Below, piece by piece: positions 10,196 to 19,072 of a DNA stretch of 64,000 bases. The stretch is from Candidatus Heimdallarchaeota archaeon (lineage in GTDB: Archaea; Asgardarchaeota; Heimdallarchaeia; JABLTI01), in assembly GCA_019058275.1 (NCBI GenBank), contig JAHLVW010000094.1, positions 1 to 64,000 of the forward strand, read 5' to 3'. The stretch's first letter is position 1. The number at the start of each line of letters is the position of its first letter. Below the pieces are notes generated by a model, which worked only from the letters and a program-made list of their open reading frames with translations, made no database searches and was not told where the DNA came from. The translations under genes and the position numbers were made by a program.

Positions 10196-11209
10196 ATGTC
10201 CTCTAAGAAAAACCTCTTACCTTCAGAAAAGAAAAAAACCCTTCTAGTGAAATCGGAAGATTTTGAAACCACAAAATACGGTAAAATCCCGGAAGAAAGA
10301 GAGGTCCCTGAGCTGATACGTTTAGGAGTCATTAATGTTGATAAGCATCCTAATCCAACAAGTCAAGAGATTGTTGCTTACATTAAGAGGATTTTCAGCT
10401 TAAAGAAAGCTGGACATTCGGGAACACTTGATCCTGCAGTGAGTGGTTTATTACCTGTTGCTTTAGAAGATGCTACTAAAATAACAGATGCTCTTTTGCC
10501 ATCTGGCAAAGAATATGTTTGTATTATGCACCTTCATGATAAAGCTGATCCGGAAAACATCAAACAGGTTATGAAGGAATTTACTTGTGAAATCTATCAA
10601 AAACCACCTGTTAAATCAAGTGTACGACGAATTTTACGCAAAAGGACCATTTATTATATTGATATACTTGAGTTAGAAAATCAAGATGTTCTGTTTAAAA
10701 CAGGTTGTGAAAAAGGAACGTACATTAGGAAATTCTGTCATGATGTTGGACTTGTTTTAGGTACAGGAGCACATATGAAAAAATTACGAAGAACAAAAAC
10801 AGGACCTTTTAGAGAGGATGAAACTCTATCTTCACTAACAAGGATATTCGATGCTTACGAATATTACAAAGAATCTGGTGATGAAGAAGAACTGCGAAAC
10901 GTTGTTTTGCCTATGGAACGTGGTTTGACACACTTGCCAAAAATAGTTATTAGAGACAATGCAATAGGAGCAATTTGTCATGGAGCCAGTTTGGCTGTAC
11001 CTGGTGTAATTAAAGTTCATAATGTAATTGAAAAGGATTCTTTAGTTTTGTTGGAAAGTGTAAAAGGAGAAGCAGTAGCATTAGCAAAAGCAATAATGAA
11101 TTCTCAACAAATACTAAATACAAACCATGGTCTTGCTGCAAAAACCAATCGAGTGTTAATGGATAGAGATGTTTATCCAAAGATTTGGAAGGAATCAACT
11201 AAGAAATGA
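10196..11209 (+). CDS. cbf5: H/ACA RNA-guided pseudouridine synthase Cbf5 (TruB family)
   Basis: GHSGTLDP catalytic motif, YQKPP.KS.V.R, GTYIRK, C-terminal PUA domain. Confidence 0.96.
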   Translation: MSSKKNLLPSEKKKTLLVKSEDFETTKYGKIPEEREVPELIRLGVINVDKHPNPTSQEIVAYIKRIFSLKKAGHSGTLDPAVSGLLPVALEDATKITDALLPSGKEYVCIMHLHDKADPENIKQVMKEFTCEIYQKPPVKSSVRRILRKRTIYYIDILELENQDVLFKTGCEKGTYIRKFCHDVGLVLGTGAHMKKLRRTKTGPFREDETLSSLTRIFDAYEYYKESGDEEELRNVVLPMERGLTHLPKIVIRDNAIGAICHGASLAVPGVIKVHNVIEKDSLVLLESVKGEAVALAKAIMNSQQILNTNHGLAAKTNRVLMDRDVYPKIWKESTKK

Positions 11210-11808
11210 GTAGCCACTATTACTCGCAAAAACCAGCTTCTTCTGGGAAAACAACAACCATCCAAACGTATCAACTAGGCAATCGTTTGTCATTCAAAAG
11301 CCAATCGGGAGTTTTTGGTTGGATGAAAGTAGATAAAGGAAGTGAGTTGCTTCTCAATAATGTTGATATTCCTATTAAGAAAGGATTGGTTTTGGATCTT
11401 GGTTGTGGTTATGGTCTGATTGGGATAGCACTAGCAAAAGCCTACACAAAAGTGAATTTTGTTCTAGCAGACATAAATGAATTAGCAATTAAATTAACCA
11501 AAGAAAACTGTAAGACAAATGGTGTTGAAGATAATACTGAGGTTTGTCAAGGAAATATCTACGAACCTGTAAAGGACTTGAAATTTAGCGTAATACTAAC
11601 AAATCCACCTTTAATGGCTGGAAAGAAAATTCTTTGGGAATTTGTGTCAAAAGCAAAAGATCACTTAGAGCATAAAGGATCAATCCAACTGGTTGTGCCA
11701 AAGAAGAAAGGATTAAAATCAATGCAAAAAATGCTCGAGAGTGTATATGATGAGTATGAGGTCATAGCAAAGGGATCTGGTTTCTGGGCATTAAAAGCTA
11801 ATAAATAA
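11206..11808 (+). CDS. Class I SAM methyltransferase, RsmC/MTS family
   Basis: HYYS, GVF...VDKGS.LL, LDLGCGYG and TNPP motifs; overlaps the cbf5 stop codon (ATGA). Confidence 0.9.
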   Translation: MSSHYYSQKPASSGKTTTIQTYQLGNRLSFKSQSGVFGWMKVDKGSELLLNNVDIPIKKGLVLDLGCGYGLIGIALAKAYTKVNFVLADINELAIKLTKENCKTNGVEDNTEVCQGNIYEPVKDLKFSVILTNPPLMAGKKILWEFVSKAKDHLEHKGSIQLVVPKKKGLKSMQKMLESVYDEYEVIAKGSGFWALKANK

Positions 11809-11885
11809 CATAGAAATTTGCTTAAAATCGTTCTTAGAGGAAAACTAAAAAAGATAGAGAAACGAAAAAATAGATGTCTAAAAAT

Positions 11886-12006
11886 GCTGCGGTGGCCTAG
11901 CCTGGTAGGGCGATAGCCTGGAACTTTTGGATTCTCCCAAGAGATCCACGCCCGGAAAGCTATTGTGTGTAAGCACGCGCGAGTTCGAATCTCGTCCGCA
12001 GCACCA
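11886..12006 (+). tRNA. tRNA-Ser(GGA) with a 34-nt intron at position 37/38 (11924..11957), long variable arm and encoded CCA
   Basis: Acceptor stem GCTGCGG/CCGCAGC, anticodon stem ATAGC/GCTAT, anticodon GGA at 11920-11922, T-loop TTCGAAT; CTGG/CCGG central helix of a relaxed bulge-helix-bulge motif. Confidence 0.92.
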
Positions 12007-12124
12007 TTTCTTCTTTTGTACTTGATTATTTTCGGCGACCTCTACTCCTTTTTCTTTTAAATTTAGGTCTTTTTATACAAAACTAGCTGATATCTATTGA
12101 GGAAATTGCTTCGAGCTGATATTT

Positions 12125-12421
12125 ATGGCAACTGGGGAAACGACTAATAACTATCAAAATAATAGTAAGATAATATGTGACATCATACATTTTTATAATA
12201 AAAAGCGATCTAATGGCATGCAAGTTTATGTTGAGGATCCTTATTTGAAAGATGGTCGCTGGCTTACAAGTGGTTCTATTAGATTAGTCATGACTAAATA
12301 TGGAGAACCAAATCAAGTTAATGCTATCAAGCTTACTTTTGCAGAAGCAACTGAATTAATATTTCGATTGCAAAAGGGTCTAGAGCAATCCTTAGACAAG
12401 GAGATAGATTTACAACAATAG
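12125..12421 (+). CDS. Small hypothetical protein (several beta strands then a C-terminal helix)
   Basis: 98-aa ORF with ATG start; no recognised family. Confidence 0.6.
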   Translation: MATGETTNNYQNNSKIICDIIHFYNKKRSNGMQVYVEDPYLKDGRWLTSGSIRLVMTKYGEPNQVNAIKLTFAEATELIFRLQKGLEQSLDKEIDLQQ

Positions 12422-12651
12422 AATTAATTTCCATTCTTTTAGAACTTTGTTCATTTTCTTCTTTCTTTTTACTTCTCTATAATATACTAGTTATTAAAAT
12501 AATAGAAAGAATAAAATAATTCAAATAACTTTGAAGCATGTATTAATTATAAAGCAATGAAAAATTCTTGCAATAAGAAGAGCTTAATGGTATATTAGTA
12601 TCATTATTCTCTTTTCTATTGTTCAATGATTTTTACAAAACATAACAGGAA

Positions 12652-13560
12652 TTGAAAAAATTGAGACGACCTAATGGCGGTGTTATTTGGCTTTTAATTG
12701 GTGGAGCAATTATGGCCATCACTTTTTCAGAAATTATGGCTTTTTTCTTTAATGTTCAATATTTAATTGCTGCTTTCATTATCCTTATTATTAGTGGTTA
12801 TATTTGTGCTAGGGTCATTGGCAGAGTTGGTGGAGAATTCTCTGCTGGTGCTAAGAGCTATTCGATTCTTCTAGTTGGTTTCGTATTTGGTATGGCTTTT
12901 GATTTGATGCGTTTTCGATACGATTGGATTATTAATGTGTTCAAATACATTGCAATTGGTACTTTCTTTATTCTCATAGCTGTTGTCTATAAGCGTAACC
13001 TCGAGAAATATACTGATCAAAATCCTACAGATGGTCCACATCTAGGTTTAATGCGATTATCCATTCTTTATATCATTACTGGCTTTTCGTTTGCTATGAG
13101 TGTTAACTCAATTGTTGAAGCTTTCCTTGGTTCAATCTTCTTTGTTGCTACACTACCTTTTCTAGTTGCAATAGCCATTTTTATTATGATAACTGCTAAA
13201 GCTGATTATGATCTTCTTGATGATCGATCTGGTATTTGGAACCAGATGTTAGCTGGTGGAGCTTTAGGTATTGCTTATGACCTGATTTTGTTTAGAGTCT
13301 ATGTTACCCAAGATCTACTCAAAATGTTCATTGTATTCGGTATTTTCATGATTACTGCATCAGTTGTTCGTATGAAAGAAGCAACAAGAATTAGCCCTGA
13401 AGGAATCCAACTTGATTTAAAACAGACTAAAACAAAGAAGAAATCGAAAGAAGTAGGCTCAATTACTATAACAAAGAAAAAATCTTCTCAATCTACAACA
13501 TCAAAGAAGCGATCTTATTCCAAATCTAAAAAGTCAAGTTCCAAGAAAAGGAGAAGTTGA
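12652..13560 (+). CDS. Multi-pass membrane protein with Lys/Ser-rich C-terminal tail
   Basis: About 8 hydrophobic segments, internal duplication (FGMAFDL / LGIAYDL), basic tail. Confidence 0.75.
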   Translation: MKKLRRPNGGVIWLLIGGAIMAITFSEIMAFFFNVQYLIAAFIILIISGYICARVIGRVGGEFSAGAKSYSILLVGFVFGMAFDLMRFRYDWIINVFKYIAIGTFFILIAVVYKRNLEKYTDQNPTDGPHLGLMRLSILYIITGFSFAMSVNSIVEAFLGSIFFVATLPFLVAIAIFIMITAKADYDLLDDRSGIWNQMLAGGALGIAYDLILFRVYVTQDLLKMFIVFGIFMITASVVRMKEATRISPEGIQLDLKQTKTKKKSKEVGSITITKKKSSQSTTSKKRSYSKSKKSSSKKRRS

Positions 13561-14928
13561 TTGATTATGAGAACAAAATTAATGCTAATTGTGGTTCTCT
13601 CAACCTTTGCTATCTCCTTAATTGCTACTCCTTATCTAGGATATACTACTACAGAAGCTTATGGCGAAAATGTTAAGATAGGATTTTCTTGGATTAACGG
13701 ATTAGTCGGTGCAACTGAATTAACTAATATAGGTTATACCAAGGCCTTAGAAATCGGTTGTCAAATAGAGCATAGAGAATATCGTTGGGATTACCTAAAT
13801 TTAACTCTCAATCAACTTTATGAATGGAGTGAAATCTATCTTAAGAATTATCCTCAAATTGAATCTTCGTTATCAATGGGTGTTATCAGTGGAAATACTA
13901 CTGCATTACCTATAACATACAATTTCACAAGATATACCTCTCTCACTCCTGGTCTTTTACGCTTTAATGACACAGCAATTGTTGAAGATCTAAAAAACAT
14001 GACTGACAGCATTATGGAAGTAATTGATTTAGATTACATCAGTTTCGGTAGTGAGATTAATGGTTTCTTTGAAACCTACTATGATTATGAAACTAAAAAT
14101 CTTACAAATACTGTTATGCTAGTTGATTATGTTGACCTCTGTGAGCAAATGTATGATTACGTTCATGCAAAATATCCAAGTGTAAAGATTTTCACCGTCT
14201 TTCGTTATCAACCAACTTCTGATATAAAAAAAATAGAAGCAATTGTTAATTCATTCAATGACACTTGTGATTTCTTTGGTCTTTCTACAAGAGTCTTTAC
14301 CAATGATTTTGGATTATTAGCTTCTTTAAACCAAACAGAAGTTATTGGAAGATTTTCTTCATTTGCAAATATTACAGACAAGAATTTTGCCATTACGAAT
14401 GCTTATACTATATCTGATAGCCGTGCTGGTGGTTCTGAATATTATCAAGCAAATTTTGTGAGATATCTATTTGATGTCATTGAACTCTACGAAAATAGGC
14501 TTGAGTTTGTTTGTTGGTATACAGTTTTTGATTATCCTCCTGGTTACTTAGGGATGATTTTCAGTCCTTATCTCGAGGCACATGCAACTGCTGGATTGTT
14601 TACAACCAATGGAGATCCAAAAATGTCTTACTATGCGTGGTTAGAAGAAATGCAAGCAGCTGGCCGATTGGAAGACCATAAAATGCCCTGGAAAATAGGT
14701 GTTAGTGCACTTGCAGTTGCAGCTATTATTGGTTTTGTTGTTTTTGCATCTGTTATGGAAGGTTGGGATTTCAAAAAGCAACTTGATAAAGATGCTGAGA
14801 CTATAGGTATGAAACCTGTAGAATCTAAACCACCTAAAAAGAAGCAAAAGAAATCTGAATTAATTGAATTTACAACTATTAGTTTTGAGGATGAAGATAA
14901 AACATTTGAAGAAACTGAAGAAGAATAG
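13561..14928 (+). CDS. Membrane-anchored extracellular glycoside-hydrolase-like TIM-barrel protein
   Basis: Signal peptide, YISFGSEIN (acid/base-like Glu), QANFV, GLFTTNGDPK.SY..W end motif of clan-A-like GHs, C-terminal TM and charged tail; the usual nucleophile Glu looks replaced (AITN). Confidence 0.6.
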   Translation: MIMRTKLMLIVVLSTFAISLIATPYLGYTTTEAYGENVKIGFSWINGLVGATELTNIGYTKALEIGCQIEHREYRWDYLNLTLNQLYEWSEIYLKNYPQIESSLSMGVISGNTTALPITYNFTRYTSLTPGLLRFNDTAIVEDLKNMTDSIMEVIDLDYISFGSEINGFFETYYDYETKNLTNTVMLVDYVDLCEQMYDYVHAKYPSVKIFTVFRYQPTSDIKKIEAIVNSFNDTCDFFGLSTRVFTNDFGLLASLNQTEVIGRFSSFANITDKNFAITNAYTISDSRAGGSEYYQANFVRYLFDVIELYENRLEFVCWYTVFDYPPGYLGMIFSPYLEAHATAGLFTTNGDPKMSYYAWLEEMQAAGRLEDHKMPWKIGVSALAVAAIIGFVVFASVMEGWDFKKQLDKDAETIGMKPVESKPPKKKQKKSELIEFTTISFEDEDKTFEETEEE

Positions 14929-15038
14929 CAGATTTTCGCTCATTCTTCTTTGTTTTTATTTCTAAGCTTAGCTAAGATTTCAGCTGTCAATTCCAAAATT
15001 TCTAGTTTAAGATAAATTTTCTAAGAAAAAATAAAATA

Positions 15039-15764
15039 TTATCTTCCACCTAAACCGGGGAAGTAATATTTCTTACCTTCAGCATAGCTGGCATCAACTC
15101 GTGCGATTCCAGTATCTCTCATTGATTCAAGAACCCTTTCACATCTTTCTTGAGTCCATCGAGTTTTTAGCAATAATTCTTCAAGAGAAATCCAACCCTT
15201 TCTGGTTGATAATGATAAAACCTCTTCCTGATCATCTGAAAGGTTTGCAGGAATAAATTCTACGATAATTACTCCGCTCTTGAGTTCTTTTAATTTAGGT
15301 ATCAATTTTGCTTCAACGAGGTTTTCAACAGCTTTCACAACATCTTTTGATGCGATTATTTTTCCTGGTCGATCCTTATTGACTAGTAATACTACTTCAC
15401 CCAATGTCATGAGTCCGCCAGTATATTCTTGAGTATCTTTAGCCTTTTCAAGAATTTCTACAGCAAGCCTTTCAAAGAAATCTCCTCCTCCAATTCTATC
15501 CCAGAATGAAGCACTTTCCTTCCATTCATATATTCCCATTTCTTCAGGTAAGCCTAATTCTTGTCTTAGTTCTACAAGTTTTTTATATGAAACTTCATTT
15601 TTCTCGACATCTTTCTTCCATTTCTTCTCAAATTTCTTTAGCTGACCTCTAAGGTCTCGAATGTTTTCAAGCATTCTTTCTAGATCTACTATCATTAATT
15701 CTGCTTCTTTTGCTTTGTATGCTGATTTTATTCTAATTTTCTTCTCGATATCTCTTAAACCCAT
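15039..15764 (-). CDS. vps22: ESCRT-II Vps22/Vps36-like (EAP30/SNF8) protein
   Basis: Recalled SNF8 pattern: FW..G.GDF...LAVEI.E......TGGLMTL.E, DV.KAV..L, P..LS.DQ..VL, W...R...VL.......A.VD; two winged helices. Confidence 0.93.
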   Translation of the reverse strand: MGLRDIEKKIRIKSAYKAKEAELMIVDLERMLENIRDLRGQLKKFEKKWKKDVEKNEVSYKKLVELRQELGLPEEMGIYEWKESASFWDRIGGGDFFERLAVEILEKAKDTQEYTGGLMTLGEVVLLVNKDRPGKIIASKDVVKAVENLVEAKLIPKLKELKSGVIIVEFIPANLSDDQEEVLSLSTRKGWISLEELLLKTRWTQERCERVLESMRDTGIARVDASYAEGKKYYFPGLGGR

Positions 15765-15833
15765 GACTATTCTTACCTCACTAGGATTTTAGTGCGAATA
15801 ATAATTATAACGTTTCGAATTAATTTCTCCTTT

Positions 15834-16172
15834 TTACATTGGAACTTTTTTATAGTATTTCTTCATCCAATCTTGGATTTTTTCTTTTAGCTTTTTCTCA
15901 TCTTTTTCTTCAAGAGGTAAAGCTTTCTTATCTATGTATTTATTATATAGATACTTCATTTGATTTCTTATTTGAACAGCAAATTGGTGCCTTTTACCAA
16001 ACGTACTTTCACATTCGTATAATGCCGCATCTAGCTCTTCTAAAATAAAATCAGTATCCAGTGCAATCTCAATATAGTTTAGAATCTCTCGTAGATGCCT
16101 AAACAGATTTCGATAAGCTACTGGATTTCCTCGCATTACTCTTGCCTCTAATCTTTTTTTGGATGAAGTCAA
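15834..16172 (-). CDS. Helical protein resembling a stand-alone Vps28 C-terminal domain
   Basis: Co-oriented between vps28 and vps22; aligns by eye to the C-terminal half of the neighbouring Vps28 (see findings). Confidence 0.6.
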   Translation of the reverse strand: MTSSKKRLEARVMRGNPVAYRNLFRHLREILNYIEIALDTDFILEELDAALYECESTFGKRHQFAVQIRNQMKYLYNKYIDKKALPLEEKDEKKLKEKIQDWMKKYYKKVPM

Positions 16173-16202
16173 ACACTTTTAGTAGAAATATTCCAATTAC
16201 AC

Positions 16203-16841
16203 CTATTGATTTCTTAACGATCTTCTAAAGCTGTTTAACCATCTCACAGCTTCAAATTCCAATCGCTTGATTAAACCTTCTTCTAAAACTTCATCAGGAG
16301 GTTTGACAGCTAACATTTCTTTCCAATTGATAATTTCCTTGACTGTTTCTGAATCACTGCCATAGCCTGGATAATCAGCTAATATATCTTCCATTTCATC
16401 AAGATTTGGTACTATTAGTTCTACGCGTGCAATTGAACCTAATCTTAACAAATCAATAAGCTCTATAGCACCTGCAACAAAATCTGCACTCTTAGCTGGA
16501 AGATTTTTCATTTGACTGAATGGCATTGCTACGGTTTCGACAGATTCATCAATTGGTATTGGTGCTACTCCTTCAGCAAAACGCAGTTTCTCTGCACCAT
16601 ATGGATATTTTTCAACTACTTTTTCCCGGTTTAGAAAGCTATCAAGATCAAAACCCTTTTTCTGTAATTGAAAACGTGCCTTGAAAGCATCTCTAATCAA
16701 AGCTCTTAATTGTCTTCGATACATTCCGGGATCTAATATCCCATCAGTAAAACTATGACTTAGATTATCAATTGTAGCAATACAAGAGAATAATTCAGCC
16801 TCTAATTCAAGTTGGGATTTGTTTTTTGACGAATATGACAT
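16203..16841 (-). CDS. vps28: ESCRT-I Vps28-like protein
   Basis: AELFS.I.T.D.L...F..G......Y, A..L...G and I.L.D.LRL......I.P.L motifs, C-terminal four-helix bundle. Confidence 0.9.
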   Translation of the reverse strand: MSYSSKNKSQLELEAELFSCIATIDNLSHSFTDGILDPGMYRRQLRALIRDAFKARFQLQKKGFDLDSFLNREKVVEKYPYGAEKLRFAEGVAPIPIDESVETVAMPFSQMKNLPAKSADFVAGAIELIDLLRLGSIARVELIVPNLDEMEDILADYPGYGSDSETVKEIINWKEMLAVKPPDEVLEEGLIKRLEFEAVRWLNSFRRSLRNQ

Positions 16842-16860
16842 TTTTTTTACCTCTAATTTA

Positions 16861-17613
16861 TCATAATTCTAATTCTTTATGAACAACATACAATTCCTTA
16901 GTATATTTTCTGTATAATTTAGCAAAATCTACTGGGCTAATTTCACCATCTTTGAATTTCTCATCGAGTGTTGAGAGAAGATCTGCTAACGCAACGTTCT
17001 TAGCTTGTAACATCAATTTACTGCTTCTTTCTTTGTCCTTTGGAAGAACCATATCTAGATTATCTATTCTTGATATTTTTTCATTGGAACCTGTTACTAA
17101 CTCTGCTCTTAATTTTCTCAACTCTTCATCTCTTTCTCTTATTTTTTCTTGAAGAGCTGTTATTGTTTGATTAACATCCTCGACTTGTTGTTGATTCTTT
17201 GTGACGTCCATTTCCTTTGCTTGAACGATTGCTTTTTGTTTGGGTGTTTTTCCAGTTCCTGGGAATTTTGGCGGAACTTTTTCAAACAATTTTTGCAATG
17301 CATGAACAACTTGGTAAACATGTACATCTGGTTTCCATTCATGGGTAATATTTAGCAATACATTTCCATTACGCTCAATATTTGGATGTTGAATGTTTTT
17401 TTCCAAGACAATTACTTTAGGTGGGTACTGTGGATACTTTAATGGTATGAACACTTCAACTGGAATCTTTCTTTCTCCCTGAGGTGTTTTTACGAGTATT
17501 TCTCCTTTCCACCTATTTAGCTCATTACCTATAGGACTAAATCCTACTGTATAGGTAAACATTAATTGCGTTTCTCGGGCTAACGCCATATCGTTAATGG
17601 TATTTCGCGACAA
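16861..17613 (-). CDS. vps23: ESCRT-I Vps23/TSG101-like protein (UEV domain, coiled coil, steadiness box)
   Basis: E2 fold (P..YP..PP, HPN) with the catalytic Cys replaced (GNVLL); coiled coil; C-terminal A..D.L..L...F..GEI....F.K.YR steadiness box. Confidence 0.92.
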   Translation of the reverse strand: MSRNTINDMALARETQLMFTYTVGFSPIGNELNRWKGEILVKTPQGERKIPVEVFIPLKYPQYPPKVIVLEKNIQHPNIERNGNVLLNITHEWKPDVHVYQVVHALQKLFEKVPPKFPGTGKTPKQKAIVQAKEMDVTKNQQQVEDVNQTITALQEKIRERDEELRKLRAELVTGSNEKISRIDNLDMVLPKDKERSSKLMLQAKNVALADLLSTLDEKFKDGEISPVDFAKLYRKYTKELYVVHKELEL

Positions 17614-17936
17614 AGTATTCGATTTCTCCTCTATAACAAATTAACACAAACTAAGATTTAAACATTGATAAACAACTATAGTTCTTCTTTGGAATAGATT
17701 TTCTTCTTCCACATAATTGAATAGTATCTTTATGATTATATAATTTATGAATTGCAGTTAAAAACCTTCAAAATATCTAATAAAAAGGAAAAAACACAAT
17801 CAACGGAATTGTTATAAACTATTTTTGTGAACCTTTCTTGTTTAACAATATCTGTAGACAGATAACCCAATAATAGTGTCACATGTTAAACTTAATAAAG
17901 AATTAAAAAACATAATATAGTTCAGTATTTGAAAGA

Positions 17937-19040
17937 GTGATTAAAATGAGTGAATTTTCATTCTGGGACCGTGTAAAACAAAGAGTAAGTCTTTTTAGAC
18001 CTCCAAAGATTGAAGAAGAATCTGAAGTCTATGAGATCTCTGACGATCCTGATTTATTAGTTGCAGTTCGAAACTTGAAAAAGCATTTTCTTGTAGCAGG
18101 TGGAGGATTAATTTTTAATAGAACTCCAATCTTCTTAAAGGCAGTTGATGGCATTTCTTTTGATGTAAGAAAAGGTGAAACTGTTGGTATTGTAGGTGAA
18201 TCCGGTTGTGGAAAATCCACAGCAGCAAGAGCTATCCTACTTCTTTTGAAACCAACATCAGGGAATATTTTCTTTAGAAATGAAGAAGATGAAATGGTTG
18301 ATTTAACTGGTCTTGAGAAGAAAGAACTTCGAGATATGAGAAGACAAATGCAAATTGTCTTTCAAGATCCCTCAGCTTCATTGAATCCTAGAATGACCGC
18401 TTTTGATATTATCTCAGAACCTTTAATCATTCACAACGTAGCTTCAGGGGACGAGCTGAAAATTAGAACTATTGAATTGATGGAAAAAGTAGGTTTGATG
18501 ATTCATCATGCATTCCGATTTCCACATGAATTCTCAGGCGGTCAGAAGCAACGTGTAGGAATTGCTAGAGCTTTAGCGTTAAATCCAAGGTTTGTTATTC
18601 TTGACGAACCAGTCTCTGCTCTTGACGTATCTGTAAGAGCTGCGGTATTAATGCTGTTAAGAGACTTACAAAGAGAATTCAACTTGGCTTACATTTTCAT
18701 TGCTCACGACTTATCAGTAATCAGAATGATTTCTGATACTGTTGGTGTAATGTATCTTGGAAGACTTGTCGAGGTAGGAACAGTAGAAGAGATATTTGAA
18801 GACATGAGACATCCATATACTCGTGCTTTAATTTCTGCGATTCCAATTCCAGATCCTACAGTTAAACCTGAAAGAATTTTCCTTGAAGGTGATCCCCCCT
18901 CACCAGTAGCACCTCCTCCAGGGTGTAACTTCCATCCTCGGTGTCCAATTGCTACATCCATTTGTACACAAGAAGAGCCACCAAGAATTCAAATCTCACC
19001 AACTCACTTTGTAGAGTGTCATCATGTAACTACAAAGTAA
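17937..19040 (+). CDS. oppF: Oligopeptide ABC transporter ATP-binding protein (OppF/DppF)
   Basis: GESGCGKS, FQDP..SLNPR, FSGGQKQR, DEPVSALDVS, HPYT..L, GC.FHPRCP. Confidence 0.93.
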   Translation: MIKMSEFSFWDRVKQRVSLFRPPKIEEESEVYEISDDPDLLVAVRNLKKHFLVAGGGLIFNRTPIFLKAVDGISFDVRKGETVGIVGESGCGKSTAARAILLLLKPTSGNIFFRNEEDEMVDLTGLEKKELRDMRRQMQIVFQDPSASLNPRMTAFDIISEPLIIHNVASGDELKIRTIELMEKVGLMIHHAFRFPHEFSGGQKQRVGIARALALNPRFVILDEPVSALDVSVRAAVLMLLRDLQREFNLAYIFIAHDLSVIRMISDTVGVMYLGRLVEVGTVEEIFEDMRHPYTRALISAIPIPDPTVKPERIFLEGDPPSPVAPPPGCNFHPRCPIATSICTQEEPPRIQISPTHFVECHHVTTK

Positions 19041-19072
19041 GACCATTAGAGAGGTATTATTCTACCTCTTTT

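Noticed and set aside
11970-15000. Element integrated at tRNA-Ser
   Set aside because: No integrase and no duplicated tRNA 3' end (att site) seen downstream
16861-17613. Active ubiquitin-conjugating E2 enzyme
   Set aside because: The catalytic Cys after HPN is replaced by Leu, and the coiled coil plus steadiness box indicate Vps23/TSG101
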